Of a DNA stretch of 64,000 nucleotides, positions 34,428 through 45,748 are shown piece after piece; within the stretch, counting starts at the first letter, position 1; every line of letters starts with the position of its first letter. The position numbers were made by a program, and so were the translations under genes. Source of the stretch: Hyaloraphidium curvatum SAG 235-1 (lineage: Eukaryota; Fungi; Monoblepharomycota); contig JAIVFI010000019.1 in the NCBI GenBank assembly GCA_025558095.1, forward strand, positions 620,001 to 684,000. Direction: 5' to 3'. The notes under the pieces were generated by a model that did no database searches, was not told the DNA's origin, and worked only from the letters and a program-made list of their open reading frames with translations.

Positions 34428-35252
34428 ATGCCCATCCTCCACACCTTTGCCGTCAAGTGCCCCCCCGAGGGCGACGACGCCATGTCCGCGGCGCTCCACG
34501 GGCTCGCGGCCGGCACCTCCTCCGCGAGCAACTCCCCAGTCGCCGTCGGCCGCCTGTCGTACTACACCGAGCCGTACTCGCGGGGGTACCGGTGGCTGTG
34601 CGCGATGAAGATGCGGGACGGGGAGGCGCTGGCGTCGTACGGGAAACACCCTGCGCGTGGGTTGACTCGGCGGTTGCGCGCAGGGGGCTCGGGCGCCGAC
34701 GGTTCCCGCTGCAGATGATTCCGGGGTCGCCAAGATGGCCCAGATCATGGAGGGCCAGAAGCAGGGCCTGATCAACTTCGATTTCGAGGTGCCGGACTCT
34801 TTCGCGCTCCCCACCGGAGCGCACATCCTACACTTTGTCTTTGTCAAGATGCAGGCTTCTGATGCCGCGCGGAAGGGGTTCGTGGACGTTTGCCGCGAGC
34901 TGGGTGAAAAGACGGAGGGCGGGGGTGGCAGCTGGCCGGGCACGCTGATCCACTACGGGCCGATGGTGGACCAGAAGCTCTCGCGGGGCTACAACCACGG
35001 CGAGTCTGCCTGCTGTGCCGGTGGTTCGTTCAAAGGCTGACGCGGCCCGCGTGCGCAGTGCTCATACTGCACTTCCCCGACCGCGCGCGGCTGGACGGGT
35101 ACATGAAGGCGCACGCTCCCCTGATCCGCGAAAAGATGCAGCCGCACATGGTCGAGACCCCGGAAAAGGGCGGCTCGTTCCTGGCCGAGATCGATGTGCC
35201 GGACGAGAAGGCGAGGGCCGCGATATGGAAGGGGCTGGGTGCGCGGCTGTGA
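34428..35252 (+). CDS. Stress-responsive A/B barrel (Dabb)-like tandem-domain protein
   Basis: Two repeats: ILHTFAVK..SRGYRW and ILHFVFVK..SRGYNH/VLILHFPDRARLDGY..H. Confidence 0.7.
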
Positions 35253-35330
35253 GAGCGGAGATGGCGTAGCATGGTGATGTCCGGCGCTGTGGTCTATAAA
35301 CGACGAGTCCTTGCATCCACTGAAGGTCCC

Positions 35331-36014
35331 TCAGTCCTTCTTTGCCACCGCCGGGGCCGTCTTGCCCACCGGTCCGCCCGGGAATCCCCTCGCAGCCCCG
35401 AGGAACAGCCACACCATCAAGAGCACCTCGCCAAAGAACGTGTACATGGATACCTCGGGAAGCTCGCCCGGGAACGCGAGCCTGCCGATACTGTCCACAG
35501 TGTATCCCAGCCCCGACAGGGCGACCAGCGGGCCGAGGAAAGGCGGAAACAGCCCCGACTTGTAGACGGCGGCGCCGAGGACGAGCAGGTGGAGTCCGAA
35601 GAGGAAGAGTCCCGAGTCCCAGGTCGAGTAGAAGGATTCGAGCTGGATCCCGACGAGGAGCTGCGCCGAATCGGGATCCGCTGAGGCCGGGGACGCGAGG
35701 ATCTTGGGAATGAGGGCGAGGTGGGAAACGGCCGGGGCAAAGACGGCGGCGTAGGCGAGTCTGAGGCCCGCGGCGACGAGGGAGAGGCTTCCGGCACTGC
35801 CCCGGAGCACGAGGTGCAGCGTAGATGCCGAGACCGCGTCCAGCGCGACGACGACCATGAGGAACGCGATGGCGCGGCGTAGGGCGTCCTGCGACGCGAC
35901 AATATCGTCGAAGGACGCGTTGCGCAGCGGGTCCAGCGTGCCCATGAGGGCGACGGGGGCGAGCGCGGCCATGCCGAGGAGGCAGAGGGCGGAGACAAGG
36001 GCCGCGAGCCTCAT
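35331..36014 (-). CDS. DUF4386-like membrane protein, intronless, bacterial type
   Basis: LDAV..LHLVL...SLVAAGLRLAYAAVF; W..GLFLFGLHLLVLG..VYKSG..P; GLGYTVDS; FGEVLLMVWL. Confidence 0.8.
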   Translation of the reverse strand: MRLAALVSALCLLGMAALAPVALMGTLDPLRNASFDDIVASQDALRRAIAFLMVVVALDAVSASTLHLVLRGSAGSLSLVAAGLRLAYAAVFAPAVSHLALIPKILASPASADPDSAQLLVGIQLESFYSTWDSGLFLFGLHLLVLGAAVYKSGLFPPFLGPLVALSGLGYTVDSIGRLAFPGELPEVSMYTFFGEVLLMVWLFLGAARGFPGGPVGKTAPAVAKKD

Positions 36015-36326
36015 GTTCACGATGCGTCCAGGGGGACCACGTCGGTCGTTGATAAAACGCGTCGAGCGATTGTTTGTGCCGTCGCAACGACGCTTTTCGC
36101 CGTGCCGTTTCCGGGGTTGGGACGCGCGGGGCGGAGTATCGCCCCGGGCTCCTTCGCCACGGGACGCTCCATGAACAGCGACTCTCCGTGTGCATCCTTG
36201 AGCTTCGTCCGGAACCCAGCAGTGGATCAGTCCGACCCACGCTTTGTCCCAGAGACGGGCTCATTCTAGGAGTCTTCAAGGGCTACATGCAACGGACTGA
36301 TTCCAGCAGCGTCCCCGATCCTCCGT

Positions 36327-38598
36327 TCACGGCTTCACGGTCAGCTTGGCCGACCCGCCAGACGCCAGCAGCGTGCCGTTCCCGCCGAAGCTAGCCGCAA
36401 TGGCCGCGTTCCCGACCCGCATCGTCCGCAGGACCGCGAAGGCCAGCGAGGCCAGCCCGGCGGCATTTGTCCTCGCGCGTCCCACGAGCGTCCCGTTGAC
36501 ACGGAAAGATACCTGCGCGTCCGAAACTGGGCGTCCGGTGTTGGTCCGCGCGCCGTCAATCCGTGCCAGCGTCGCACGCAGGTTCACCCTTGCCCCCCTC
36601 CTGCCACGCGCCGCCTCGACCCGCAGCGCCGTCCGCGCAGGGCAACCGGCCGTGGGGCACTGCGCCAGCCCGAGGATGTACCTGCTCAGCAGCACCCCGG
36701 GCGCGGGGGTCCACCGCGCGCACGAGGCAAACTCCCTGCACGTCTTTGTCCGCGCCTCCCACGAGGCGAACTTGCACCGCGCCGGGCCGAGGGCCTGGCA
36801 CCCGTCCTCGCACGCCTTGCGCGACGCCACCGTGCGGACGCGACTGGGGGTACCGCAGCACGTCGTGTTTGCGGCGCAATCGCCGAACCACCTGATCGGG
36901 GGCGGGGGCGGCGGAGGCGAGGTGGGGCACCCCCGCGCAACGGGGCAGTCCCCGGGGTCGCGGGCGCCGAGGAAGGCGCGTGGGGAAGCGGTCCAGCGGC
37001 CGTAGGGGCATCGGGAAGCCGAGTAGATGCGGCAGGTGCGGGGGCCGGGGTCGTACCCGACGAGCTGGCAGAACACGTCCCTGCACTTGGTTTCGCACGC
37101 CGCCAGGGTGAGGTTGCGGAACACATCGTCGGGGTGGCCGCAGCAGGTGCGGTTGCGGCCGCAGTCGGCCATGGAGAGGAAGCCCGATGGGGGTGGAGGG
37201 GGTGCGGGGAGTGGGGAAGGGGAGGCGTAGGCGCGGTAGGCGGAGAATTCAGCGACGAGGTTGCGGATCGCGCGCGCGTTGTCGGAGCGGTTGGCAATCC
37301 CAGTGCGTCGGCCCGCAAAGAGTACGTCCGGGTTGGAAAAGTACGGGACGGTGGGGCAGACGCCTCCCGTTTCGCACTCGTAGGCCATCACTGTGCGGAA
37401 CACCCCGGGGACGCGGTACCCGTACGCGTAGGGGAACGCGGCCGCGCTTGCGCCGGGTTTGTCGGCGCCTGCCGTCTCGCGGTCATGCCAGCAACCCATG
37501 TTGTGCCCCATTTCTGGTGAACAAACGGGACGGTCAGAGGGGGGCCGGCAGCAGGCCGCAAAACGCACCGTGAGCCAGGGTTGTATCGGCGATGCAGGTA
37601 ATGCTGATGACCGAGAAGCCCTTGGCCGCATTGCCCGGTGCTCCCGGCACCTCCAGAATGTGGGCGAAGCCGCAGTAGTCTTCGAAGTTGGCGTACAGCG
37701 CGACGAGGTCGGCGCCGTACTGGTCGCGCAGCGCGTGCAGCTCGTCCATCCGCCCGTCGGTGGTGTTGGTGAGGTCTTCCAGGGCGAAATCCGAGGGACC
37801 CTTGATTCCGACGTAGTCTCTCTCGACGTAGGCGGTCCGCGCGACGTGCACGAGGCGCACACGCATGGGGATGCCGCTGTTGCGGTAGGCGTCGTTGGCC
37901 AGCTGCACGTCGTGCCAGGCGACAAAGTCGGGGTTGCGGGAGGGGCCCAGGTATTTCACGGCCGCTGGGGTAAAGGCCAAGAGGACGTCGACGGTGTAGA
38001 TGCCGTCGGGGCCGGGTTCCGCCGCGGGGGCGGGCATCTGCGAAGCGCCGTTCGCGGCTAGGGGCCCATCTGTCGCCCCGTCTGCAGCCAACGGCCCGAC
38101 GGCGACCGAGGGCTGGCTGCCGGGGCCCCTGTGCTGGCCGGTCGTGCCGCACTTTGGCTTTGCCTGCAGGTCGAGCTCGCGCAGCGTGTGCACCCCGCTC
38201 CCATCGGGCATGATGTCGAACGCGGCCCCGCCCGCCACCACCGTGCCGATGATCGATCCCTCTGCGTCCCGTGACAGCGCGACGTAGCCGGCGTCCACGC
38301 CGAGCAGGGAGCCGAACCACGTCTCCCTGCCGTCTTCGCCGCTCCTCCGGTCGAGCACGGCGGTGAAGTTGGCGCCGGAAAACAGCGGCAGCGCGATGCG
38401 CGGCGGACCGTCGCCGCGGAGCAGCGACGCGTCGGCGGCCACGCGGCGGATGCGGCGGGCGCGGGCGTCGGGGCGCGGCGGTTCGTCGGCGGGCGGGAGC
38501 TCCGAGAAGAGGGACCGCGGGGCAGCCGCGGCGCACGGAAGCAGCACGCACGCGAGCAGAAGAAGGGTACAGACGCGGAAGGCGGCCGTTCGCGACAT
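36327..38598 (-). CDS. Secreted reprolysin-like (M12B) zinc metallopeptidase with two PAN/apple-like domains and a C-terminal Ig-like domain
   Basis: Signal peptide, prodomain CGT, RDQYGADLV, TLAH/EMGHNMGCWH, Met-turn TVMAY, YFSNP; Cys-rich PAN-like repeats; VSFRVNG..ARTNAAGLA..FGGN. Confidence 0.85.
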
Positions 38599-39413
38599 TT
38601 TCGAGGCAGGAGTCCTGGGAACGGGAACGCCTGTGGGGGACGTCTGCGCCTCACTCTTGCTTCCAGCCAGGCCCCATCGACGCCCCGTACGGGTCCGGCT
38701 CGCCCGGCTCGGTGGAGTCCGAGCAGGGATGCCACCTCGAAGAAGCAGCTCGCATGCTTGGACACGAGTCTCGCGCATGTGGGTCGTGGTTGGGCAAGAT
38801 CGCTGTAGCACAGCCCGCGCCCATTTCGATTGAGCCTCCGACTGCCTTTGGAGGTTCCTGCCCCAAATCGACCGGTGACACCTTGCAGTAAGCCAGAGGG
38901 CGAAATGGCTCTGAACAATCTTCTGCAGATTGCGGCCTCTCGCGGCTGCAGCAACAGGAGGAACGAGAGTTCGTACGGAGTTCGAGGAGGCATAACTTGA
39001 CATCCACGACCGCCGACCCCGAACCTGCAGCGTGAAAGCATTGTTTCGTCTTGATCGTACCTCAGATTTGGCCAGAGATAGCAGTTGGTTCCGGCAAGGC
39101 GAGATCGGGCGATCGTCCCTTGCCACCCGCGCAGCGCGCCTCGCCGCCGCCCGCGCATCTCCGCTGGCCAACGCCATAGGCGTCGGCGCCCGTCTCCCCC
39201 GACTGTACACGCCAAAGGGCGGCACTACCCCCGCTCCTGCCCAATTTCCCGCTGGGCTTCTGAGGCCGTCCTCCGCCCGCGCCGCGCTATCTGCACGCCG
39301 CCACACTTGCTTCCGTTCCGCGGCGCCCCCGAGTGCCGCCCACCCGCCGCCTCCGCCCCGCCTCCGCCGCCCTCCTCCACCGCGGTTGTTCCTTCTCCCG
39401 CTCCGGAAAAGCC

Positions 39414-40528
39414 ATGGCCGCCCACCGCACGCTCACCACGCTGCCCAACACCGCCACCGTCGCCGAGGCCGTCGCCGTCGTCGAGCGCGAGGGCGGCGTG
39501 ATCATCCGCGACATGTTCGACGCCGAGACCATCGACGGGCTCGCGCGCGACATCGGCCCGATCCTCGATACGGTCAGGGCCGGGTACAAGGAGGACAGCG
39601 GGTTCACGGGCACGCACACCAAGCGCACGGGCGCGCTGTTCGCAAAGTCGAGCCACATGCCCAAGGTCGCGCTGCACCCGCTGTACCACGGCGTCGCGAA
39701 GCACTTCCTCCGCAGGCCCGTTGAAGCCTGGTGGGCAACGTCGCTCTGGCCTGCCAATCTGCTCCTGACACCGCCTGGTGGTCCAGGCTGGGCGAGGACC
39801 GCATCCAAATTGTCCCCGACATGCAGGTCGGCTTCACCCAGGCCATCCGCATCGAGCCTGGCCAGGGCGCGCAGCCGCTGCACCGCGATGACATGTCGTT
39901 CCTGTGGCGGCACCCGCAGTACGGCCGCGAAGGGCGCGTGCAAATCATGGTTGCCGTGAGCGAGTTCACGGCCGAGAACGGAGGAACCCTGGTCATCCCG
40001 GGGAGCAACCACTGGGACGACCAGCGCAAGCCGGAGAGGAGCGAGGCGGTGTCGACCATCATGCCCAAGGGCTCGGGTGAGTCCAACCATGCGACCGGTG
40101 CCGTTCGCGGGATGCTCAATCCTCCCTCCTCCACAGGGATGATCTTCATCGGCTCTACGTACCACGCCGGCGGCCAGAACAACACCGAAAAGGCCCGCTT
40201 CGGCCTCTCGATGTCCTGGGACCTCTCCAACCTGCGCTCCGAGGAGAACCACTTTGTCTCGACCCCGCTGTCGGTCGTGAAGCAGCTTCCCCCCGAGATC
40301 CAGCGCGGGCTGGGGTGGTCGTTCGGGGAGAACTACATGGGATGGTGGGTCCCTGCTCCTCGGTGTTGCTGCGGCCGAAAGCTGACCGGCATCCGTCCCG
40401 CGCGAAGGGTCATTATCGACGGGCAGATGAGCGACCCGAACGAGCTGCTGCACCGGGAGGACTACAAGACGGTGGACCAGGGGGTACCCGGCGATACTCT
40501 GCCCTTGCTCGCAAAGTCGAAGCTGTGA
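39414..40528 (+). CDS. Phytanoyl-CoA dioxygenase family (Fe/2OG) protein
   Basis: IEPGQGAQPLHRDD, FTAENGGTLVIPGSNHW, STYHAGGQN, LRSEEN. Confidence 0.9.
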
Positions 40529-40747
40529 TGCGTGCCATGCGGCGAGAGAGGGATCTGTGGCCAAATGCTGGAAATGTAATGCTTTTGGAACGAGATGTAC
40601 TCATTGGATGCCTGCCTCGATCCATTCCGTTCGTCGACTCTTGGCGGCCGATTCGAGTCGAATCGGTGGAGGCGGGGTGGCAAAGCGGGAGACAGCTCAG
40701 GCTCCGCCCTTCACTCTCCGTCGCGCGCTCCGGGCCCCTCAAAAACC

Positions 40748-42087
40748 ATGGCCGCGCAGTCCAAGCCCGAGAACGAAGGCGCGGCGGCCGGCGCCGCCGC
40801 GAAGCCGCGGTCCAAGCCGCCGTGGTGGATCATCTTCGTGGACTGGCCCGACGCAATCGCCATGCTCGGTTTCCTCGGGGCCCTGATCGCCTTCAACAAG
40901 TCCGATTTCGCCCGGCGCTTCTACGCCGACCTCGCCAAGCGGTTCCCGGACAAGCTCGAGCGGGCACGCCACATGCTCGACATCAACGGGAGCGTCCAGC
41001 TCTACACCTTCTGGACCCTGGCCGCGCTCTACGCCGTCCTCGACCTGCTCAAGTGGCCCAAGTTCCTCTACCAGTTCCGGATCCAGAAGGGCGACCCGCC
41101 CAAGGCTTCGTGGTACCTCAAGGTCGCCGTGTGGAACTTCGCCGCCCAGAGCCTGGTCATGGGGCCCTTTGCCAACCACGTGCTCGAGCCACTGTGGTGG
41201 AAACGCGGCGGGGCCGAAAGGGCACTGAAGATTCCGTCGGTGGGGAGGATGGTCAAGGAGTGGTTCATCTGCGAGGCCTGGGTGCAGTTCTGGCTGTGGG
41301 TCCCCTCGAGGAAGGCGGTCCGCGAATCGAGCTGACTTGCCGAGGACAGGTACACCTCGCACCGCATCATGCACCTGCCCTGGCTCTACAAGTGGACCCA
41401 CAAGGTGCGTCCCGCCCCAGCTTTGCTCTCCGCCCGACGATCTCACGGATCGGGACCGCTTTAGCGCCACCACTACCACACCAACCCCATGGTCATCGCC
41501 AACTTCTACGGCACCCCGTTCGAGTACATCTTCCAGAACACCCTGGCGACCGCCGCCGAGTTCCTGCTGCCCATCCACCCGAGCACCATGTGGTTCTTTG
41601 GCGCGTACCACAACTGGGAGACCGCGACCTCGCACTCTGGTGGGTTGCGTGTCGTCCCCGTGCTCAGTTGCGATTGATTGCAAAGGCCAATGTCTGCATC
41701 CCACAGGCTACGCGATCCCCTTCGCCACCAACGCGCTGCAGCACAACTACCACCACAGGATGTTCGAGGGCCTGTACGGGCTCCACAGCGGGTGGGTGTT
41801 GCCTTGGTGCCGCCGCACGGGCCCCTCTGACGCCCACTGTGCGCAGCATGCCGATCATGGACATGATCTTCGGCACCGCGGACGAATACTTCCAGTGGCG
41901 CTGGGAGTGGCTCAAGACGCACCACTGGTGGGCTCGAAGGGGGTCTGCTGCCTCTCCTGCGGCTGCTGACCCGTCGCCTTCGGCTCACAGGCTGTGGAAC
42001 ACCCGGCTCGACGGTGTCAAGGACGAGGAGGCGGAAAAGGTGCTCAACATCGAGGGCGTGGACAGGGACGGGGTGCCTCTGATCTGA
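40748..42087 (+). CDS. Fatty acid hydroxylase/sterol desaturase superfamily, tandem copy 1
   Basis: YTSHRIMH, HK/RHH, HSG/Y, HNYHH, MDMIFGT. Confidence 0.9.
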
Positions 42088-42459
42088 GCCAGGGCGGCGG
42101 CGGACTGAGCGGGCCAGGTTTTGGGCCAAGGAAGTGCCGGCCCGGGTACCGAGCATATATCGGAAATTGCTTGCATCATCCCCGGGGACAGTAGTGATCA
42201 TTGTGTACCCACGTGCCATTCTGGAGTGGTGTTCATCGTTTTCGGGGGGGAAGGAGTCGGCAGGCTTCCTCCCCATCCATCATGGCGCCCCGTGGTTTCC
42301 TTTGGGTCGCTCCTTCTGCTGGGCTAGTTTGATGGCCGACGTTCGCAGCGCCGGAATGGGAGCTGAGGGTGACGGGGGGTGGTGGGGCGGCGAGCTGGGA
42401 GACAGGCGATTGGCCCACCTGCGCGTCCACTCGTCGTGCCCCAAGCCCCGCCCGAAACC

Positions 42460-43740
42460 ATGGCCGCGCAGTCCAAACCGGAAAACGAAGGCGGCGCCGC
42501 CGCGAAGCCGCGGTCCAAGCCGCCGTGGTGGATCATTTTCGTGGACTGGCCCGACGCCGTCGCCATGCTCGCCTTCCTCGGGGCCCTGATCGCCTTCAAC
42601 AAGTCCGACTTTGCCCGGCGCTTCTACGCCGACCTCGCCAAGCGGTTCCCCGACAAGCTCGAGCGGGCGCGCCACATGCTCGACATCAGCGGCAGCGTGC
42701 AGCTATACACCTTCTGGACACTTGCCGCGCTCTACGCCGTGCTGGACCTCACCAAATGGCCCAAGTTCCTCTATCGGTTCCGGATCCAGAAAGGGGACCC
42801 GCCCAAGGCGTCGTGGTACCTCAAGGTCGCCGTGTACAACTTCGCCGCCCAGAGCCTGGTCATGGGGCCGTTCGCGAGCAAGGTCCTGGAACCCATTTGG
42901 TGGAAACGCGGCGGGGCCCAGCACGCGACGAGGATCCCGTCGGTGGGAAGGACGGTCAAGGAGTGGTTCATCTGCGAGGCCTGGGTGCAGTTCTGGCTCT
43001 ACACGAGCCACCGCATCATGCACCTCCCCTGGCTCTACAAGTGGACCCACAAGGTGATACTTCTGGTCAGTTCGACGTCTGGTAGCCGACCACTCGGTCC
43101 CAGTTCCACCACTACCACACCAACCCCATGGTCATCGCCAATTTCTATGGCACCCCGTTCGAGTCGATCTTCCAAAACACCCTGGCGGGCCTCGCCCAGT
43201 ACCTCCTCCCCATCCACCCGAGCACCATGTGGTTTTTCAACGCCTACCACGATTGGGAAACCGCGACGTCTCACTCGGGTTGGTTCCCGCGCCGCTGCCG
43301 AACTGGTTGTGATAAGAGCGATCACACGCAATCCGCAGGCTACGCGATCCCCTTCGCCACCAACGCGCTGCAGCACAACTACCACCACAGGATGTTCGAG
43401 GGCCTGTACGGGCTCCACAGCGGGTGGGTGTTGCCTTGCTGCCGCCGCACGGGCCCCTCTGACGCCCACTGTGCGCAGCATGCCGATCATGGACATGATC
43501 TTCGGCACCGCGGACGAATACTTCCAGTGGCGCTGGGAGTGGCTCAAGACGCACCACTGGTGGGCTCGAAGGGGGTCTGCTGCCTCTCCTGCGGCTGCTG
43601 ACCCGTCGCCTTCGGCTCACAGGCTGTGGAACACCCGACTGGACGGGGTCAAGGACGAGGAGGCGGAGAAGGTGCTCAACATCGAGGGCGTGGACAGGGA
43701 CGGGGCGCCGCTGATCGGGGGACGGGCCGAGGCAGCGTGA
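42460..43740 (+). CDS. Fatty acid hydroxylase/sterol desaturase superfamily, tandem copy 2
   Basis: Close paralog of 40748-42087 with the same His boxes. Confidence 0.9.
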   Translation: MAAQSKPENEGGAAAKPRSKPPWWIIFVDWPDAVAMLAFLGALIAFNKSDFARRFYADLAKRFPDKLERARHMLDISGSVQLYTFWTLAALYAVLDLTKWPKFLYRFRIQKGDPPKASWYLKVAVYNFAAQSLVMGPFASKVLEPIWWKRGGAQHATRIPSVGRTVKEWFICEAWVQFWLYTSHRIMHLPWLYKWTHKVILLVSSTSGSRPLGPSSTTTTPTPWSSPISMAPRSSRSSKTPWRASPSTSSPSTRAPCGFSTPTTIGKPRRLTRVGSRAAAELVVIRAITRNPQATRSPSPPTRCSTTTTTGCSRACTGSTAGGCCLAAAARAPLTPTVRSMPIMDMIFGTADEYFQWRWEWLKTHHWWARRGSAASPAAADPSPSAHRLWNTRLDGVKDEEAEKVLNIEGVDRDGAPLIGGRAEAA

Positions 43741-43955
43741 GCTCGTGCGGGGTGGGGTTTGGATCGTGGGGCCGGGGAGGGTCCGACAAGAGTATGGCGC
43801 TAGATGTCTGAAGTGTTTGCATTAGTGGTAGCAGCCAACAGAGTCGGGTTGCTGACAGACGGGCGGGTACAAGTCCAAAGCGGCGCGGTCACCTGCACGC
43901 TGCATACTCAGCGAAATCTTGCTTCGGTGCATGTCAATCCAAGTCAGCTCTCTTG

Positions 43956-44909
43956 CTAGCCATCTACACCGGGCCAATGCACGCCCCCGCCCCCGTCGTC
44001 CTCGCCCTGGAGCCACCCCGCCACCCAGGACCTCTTGGACTCTGGCATCTTGCTGCCGTCTGTAGGTGGCACGCTGATACTCCGCAGGTTAGAGTCTCTT
44101 CGCTCGGTCCGTGGGGGTTTGTGGATTATGTAGCTGGTGCTGGGTCGGAGGAAGTCTGTTCTTTCCCTCCACGCCTCTGCTCCGACGTCCCAAGCGGATC
44201 CCGGCTGTGTTTCGGAGTCGCAGGCGGGGGTTGGACCGTCCCCCAGCTCACGCGCTCGTCCAGCCTGCGAAGACAGTAGAGCGTTACGGAGGTATTCGAC
44301 GTGCCAAGGAACCGAGAGCCGTGCCGTCGAGGCAAATGACGGAGGCGCGGCCGCGAGCGGCGGGAATGTCCGGTGCCCGTCGAGCAGGGGCTGTCCCACG
44401 GAACGGTGGGCAAGCGACGTTGACGATGGGGAGAGTATGTCCCCGGTGCTGCGGGAGAACCGGCGGCCGACAAGCCTGGGACGCGGCGCCGACGGGTCGA
44501 AAACGTGTGCAGCCAGCCGCCGCGCCCCAGGCCCGTCCAGGGACTCAGTGCCCGAGCCGTCCGACTCGTCCGACTCGCTTTCGTCTTCGCTGTCCAGATT
44601 CCGGTACCCGGGGCCGATGGCCATGGTGCGGCTGGAACCGGAAAGGACGAACGGGGCTGCCCTTGCTGCGGGGTCCGCGGGTGGCGGAGCCCGCGCCCAG
44701 TCGGCGGCCACAAAATCAAGCGGAATCGCCGCCGCCGACCGCGAGCGGGATATCGGGAGCAGCGGGGCGGGGGCGGGACCCGGTGCGGTGCCCGCCGCAC
44801 CCCTCTCCCGCCGGCCGTCCGCCGACAGCGGCGACAGGGGCACGAGCGCCTGGACGAACTTCTCGTCGCGGGGCCACAGCGAGTCCGGGGCCGACGACGC
44901 GCGCCGCAT
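43956..44909 (-). CDS. Orphan disordered protein A (shared N-terminal motif family)
   Basis: Uninterrupted ORF beginning MRRASSAPDSLWPRDEKFVQALVP. Confidence 0.55.
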   Translation of the reverse strand: MRRASSAPDSLWPRDEKFVQALVPLSPLSADGRRERGAAGTAPGPAPAPLLPISRSRSAAAIPLDFVAADWARAPPPADPAARAAPFVLSGSSRTMAIGPGYRNLDSEDESESDESDGSGTESLDGPGARRLAAHVFDPSAPRPRLVGRRFSRSTGDILSPSSTSLAHRSVGQPLLDGHRTFPPLAAAPPSFASTARLSVPWHVEYLRNALLSSQAGRARELGDGPTPACDSETQPGSAWDVGAEAWRERTDFLRPSTSYIIHKPPRTERRDSNLRSISVPPTDGSKMPESKRSWVAGWLQGEDDGGGGVHWPGVDG

Positions 44910-45748
44910 CGCGATCCGTGCCGTCGTCCTCGATCCTTCGGTTCTGAGTGGTGCGGCAGGTCGGTCCAGTCCCCGTGTTTCGGGCGGGATTTCTTCAGGG
45001 CAACGCATGCCGCCTCGCTCCTCTGCTCATGCATGCCAAATGCACCATCCGCTGGGGGCAATCCATGAACAATGTGTGCTCCACGCACGGCATCTATCCA
45101 TGCGCCGCAAGGTTGTCGGGGGGAGCGGGCGGTTCTTTGGGCGGATTTTCCTGTTCTCTGTCAGATAACGGAAATAGGATGAAGGACTGGACGGGACACG
45201 TATAAAAAGGAATACGAACTGGCCACTCCACATCTCCGTTGGGGAACTGGCGACTAATTGGTTTGGCAGCTTGCTCGCGCAAGAAAAACCGCCTTTTGCC
45301 ACCAGGGCCCAACGTCTGCCGAAGCAACTACATATCCGCATGGAGCTCTCGCGCGACAGTCGGACCGCCTCGGAGACGGGTTACTGAGGCGATGGAAGGC
45401 GGTCCGTGTCGAGTCCATGCAAAGGAATGCGAACGGCGGATCTTCCCCTGTCGGCATTCTTGGCCGGTTGCGGCGGGGCGCGTGTCGTGTTCTGTTCCTT
45501 ATTGAAGTCAAAGACTCTTGCAGCTCCGCAATGCGAACCCCATCCGCCCCCAGCGCAGCGGAAGTTCTCGTTTCGAGCCGAGCGTTGGGATTGGATAACG
45601 CGCCGGCTGGTCCGGAACCAATCCACGGTTCGAAGACACGATCAGCTAGCCGGGAAACCGCCCGTTTGCCCCGGCTCTAAGCGGTCGTCCGACGAGGAGA
45701 TCGGAGCCACCTCAGCGCCGGCCAGGAAGCGCAGCCATCTGTCTGCCC

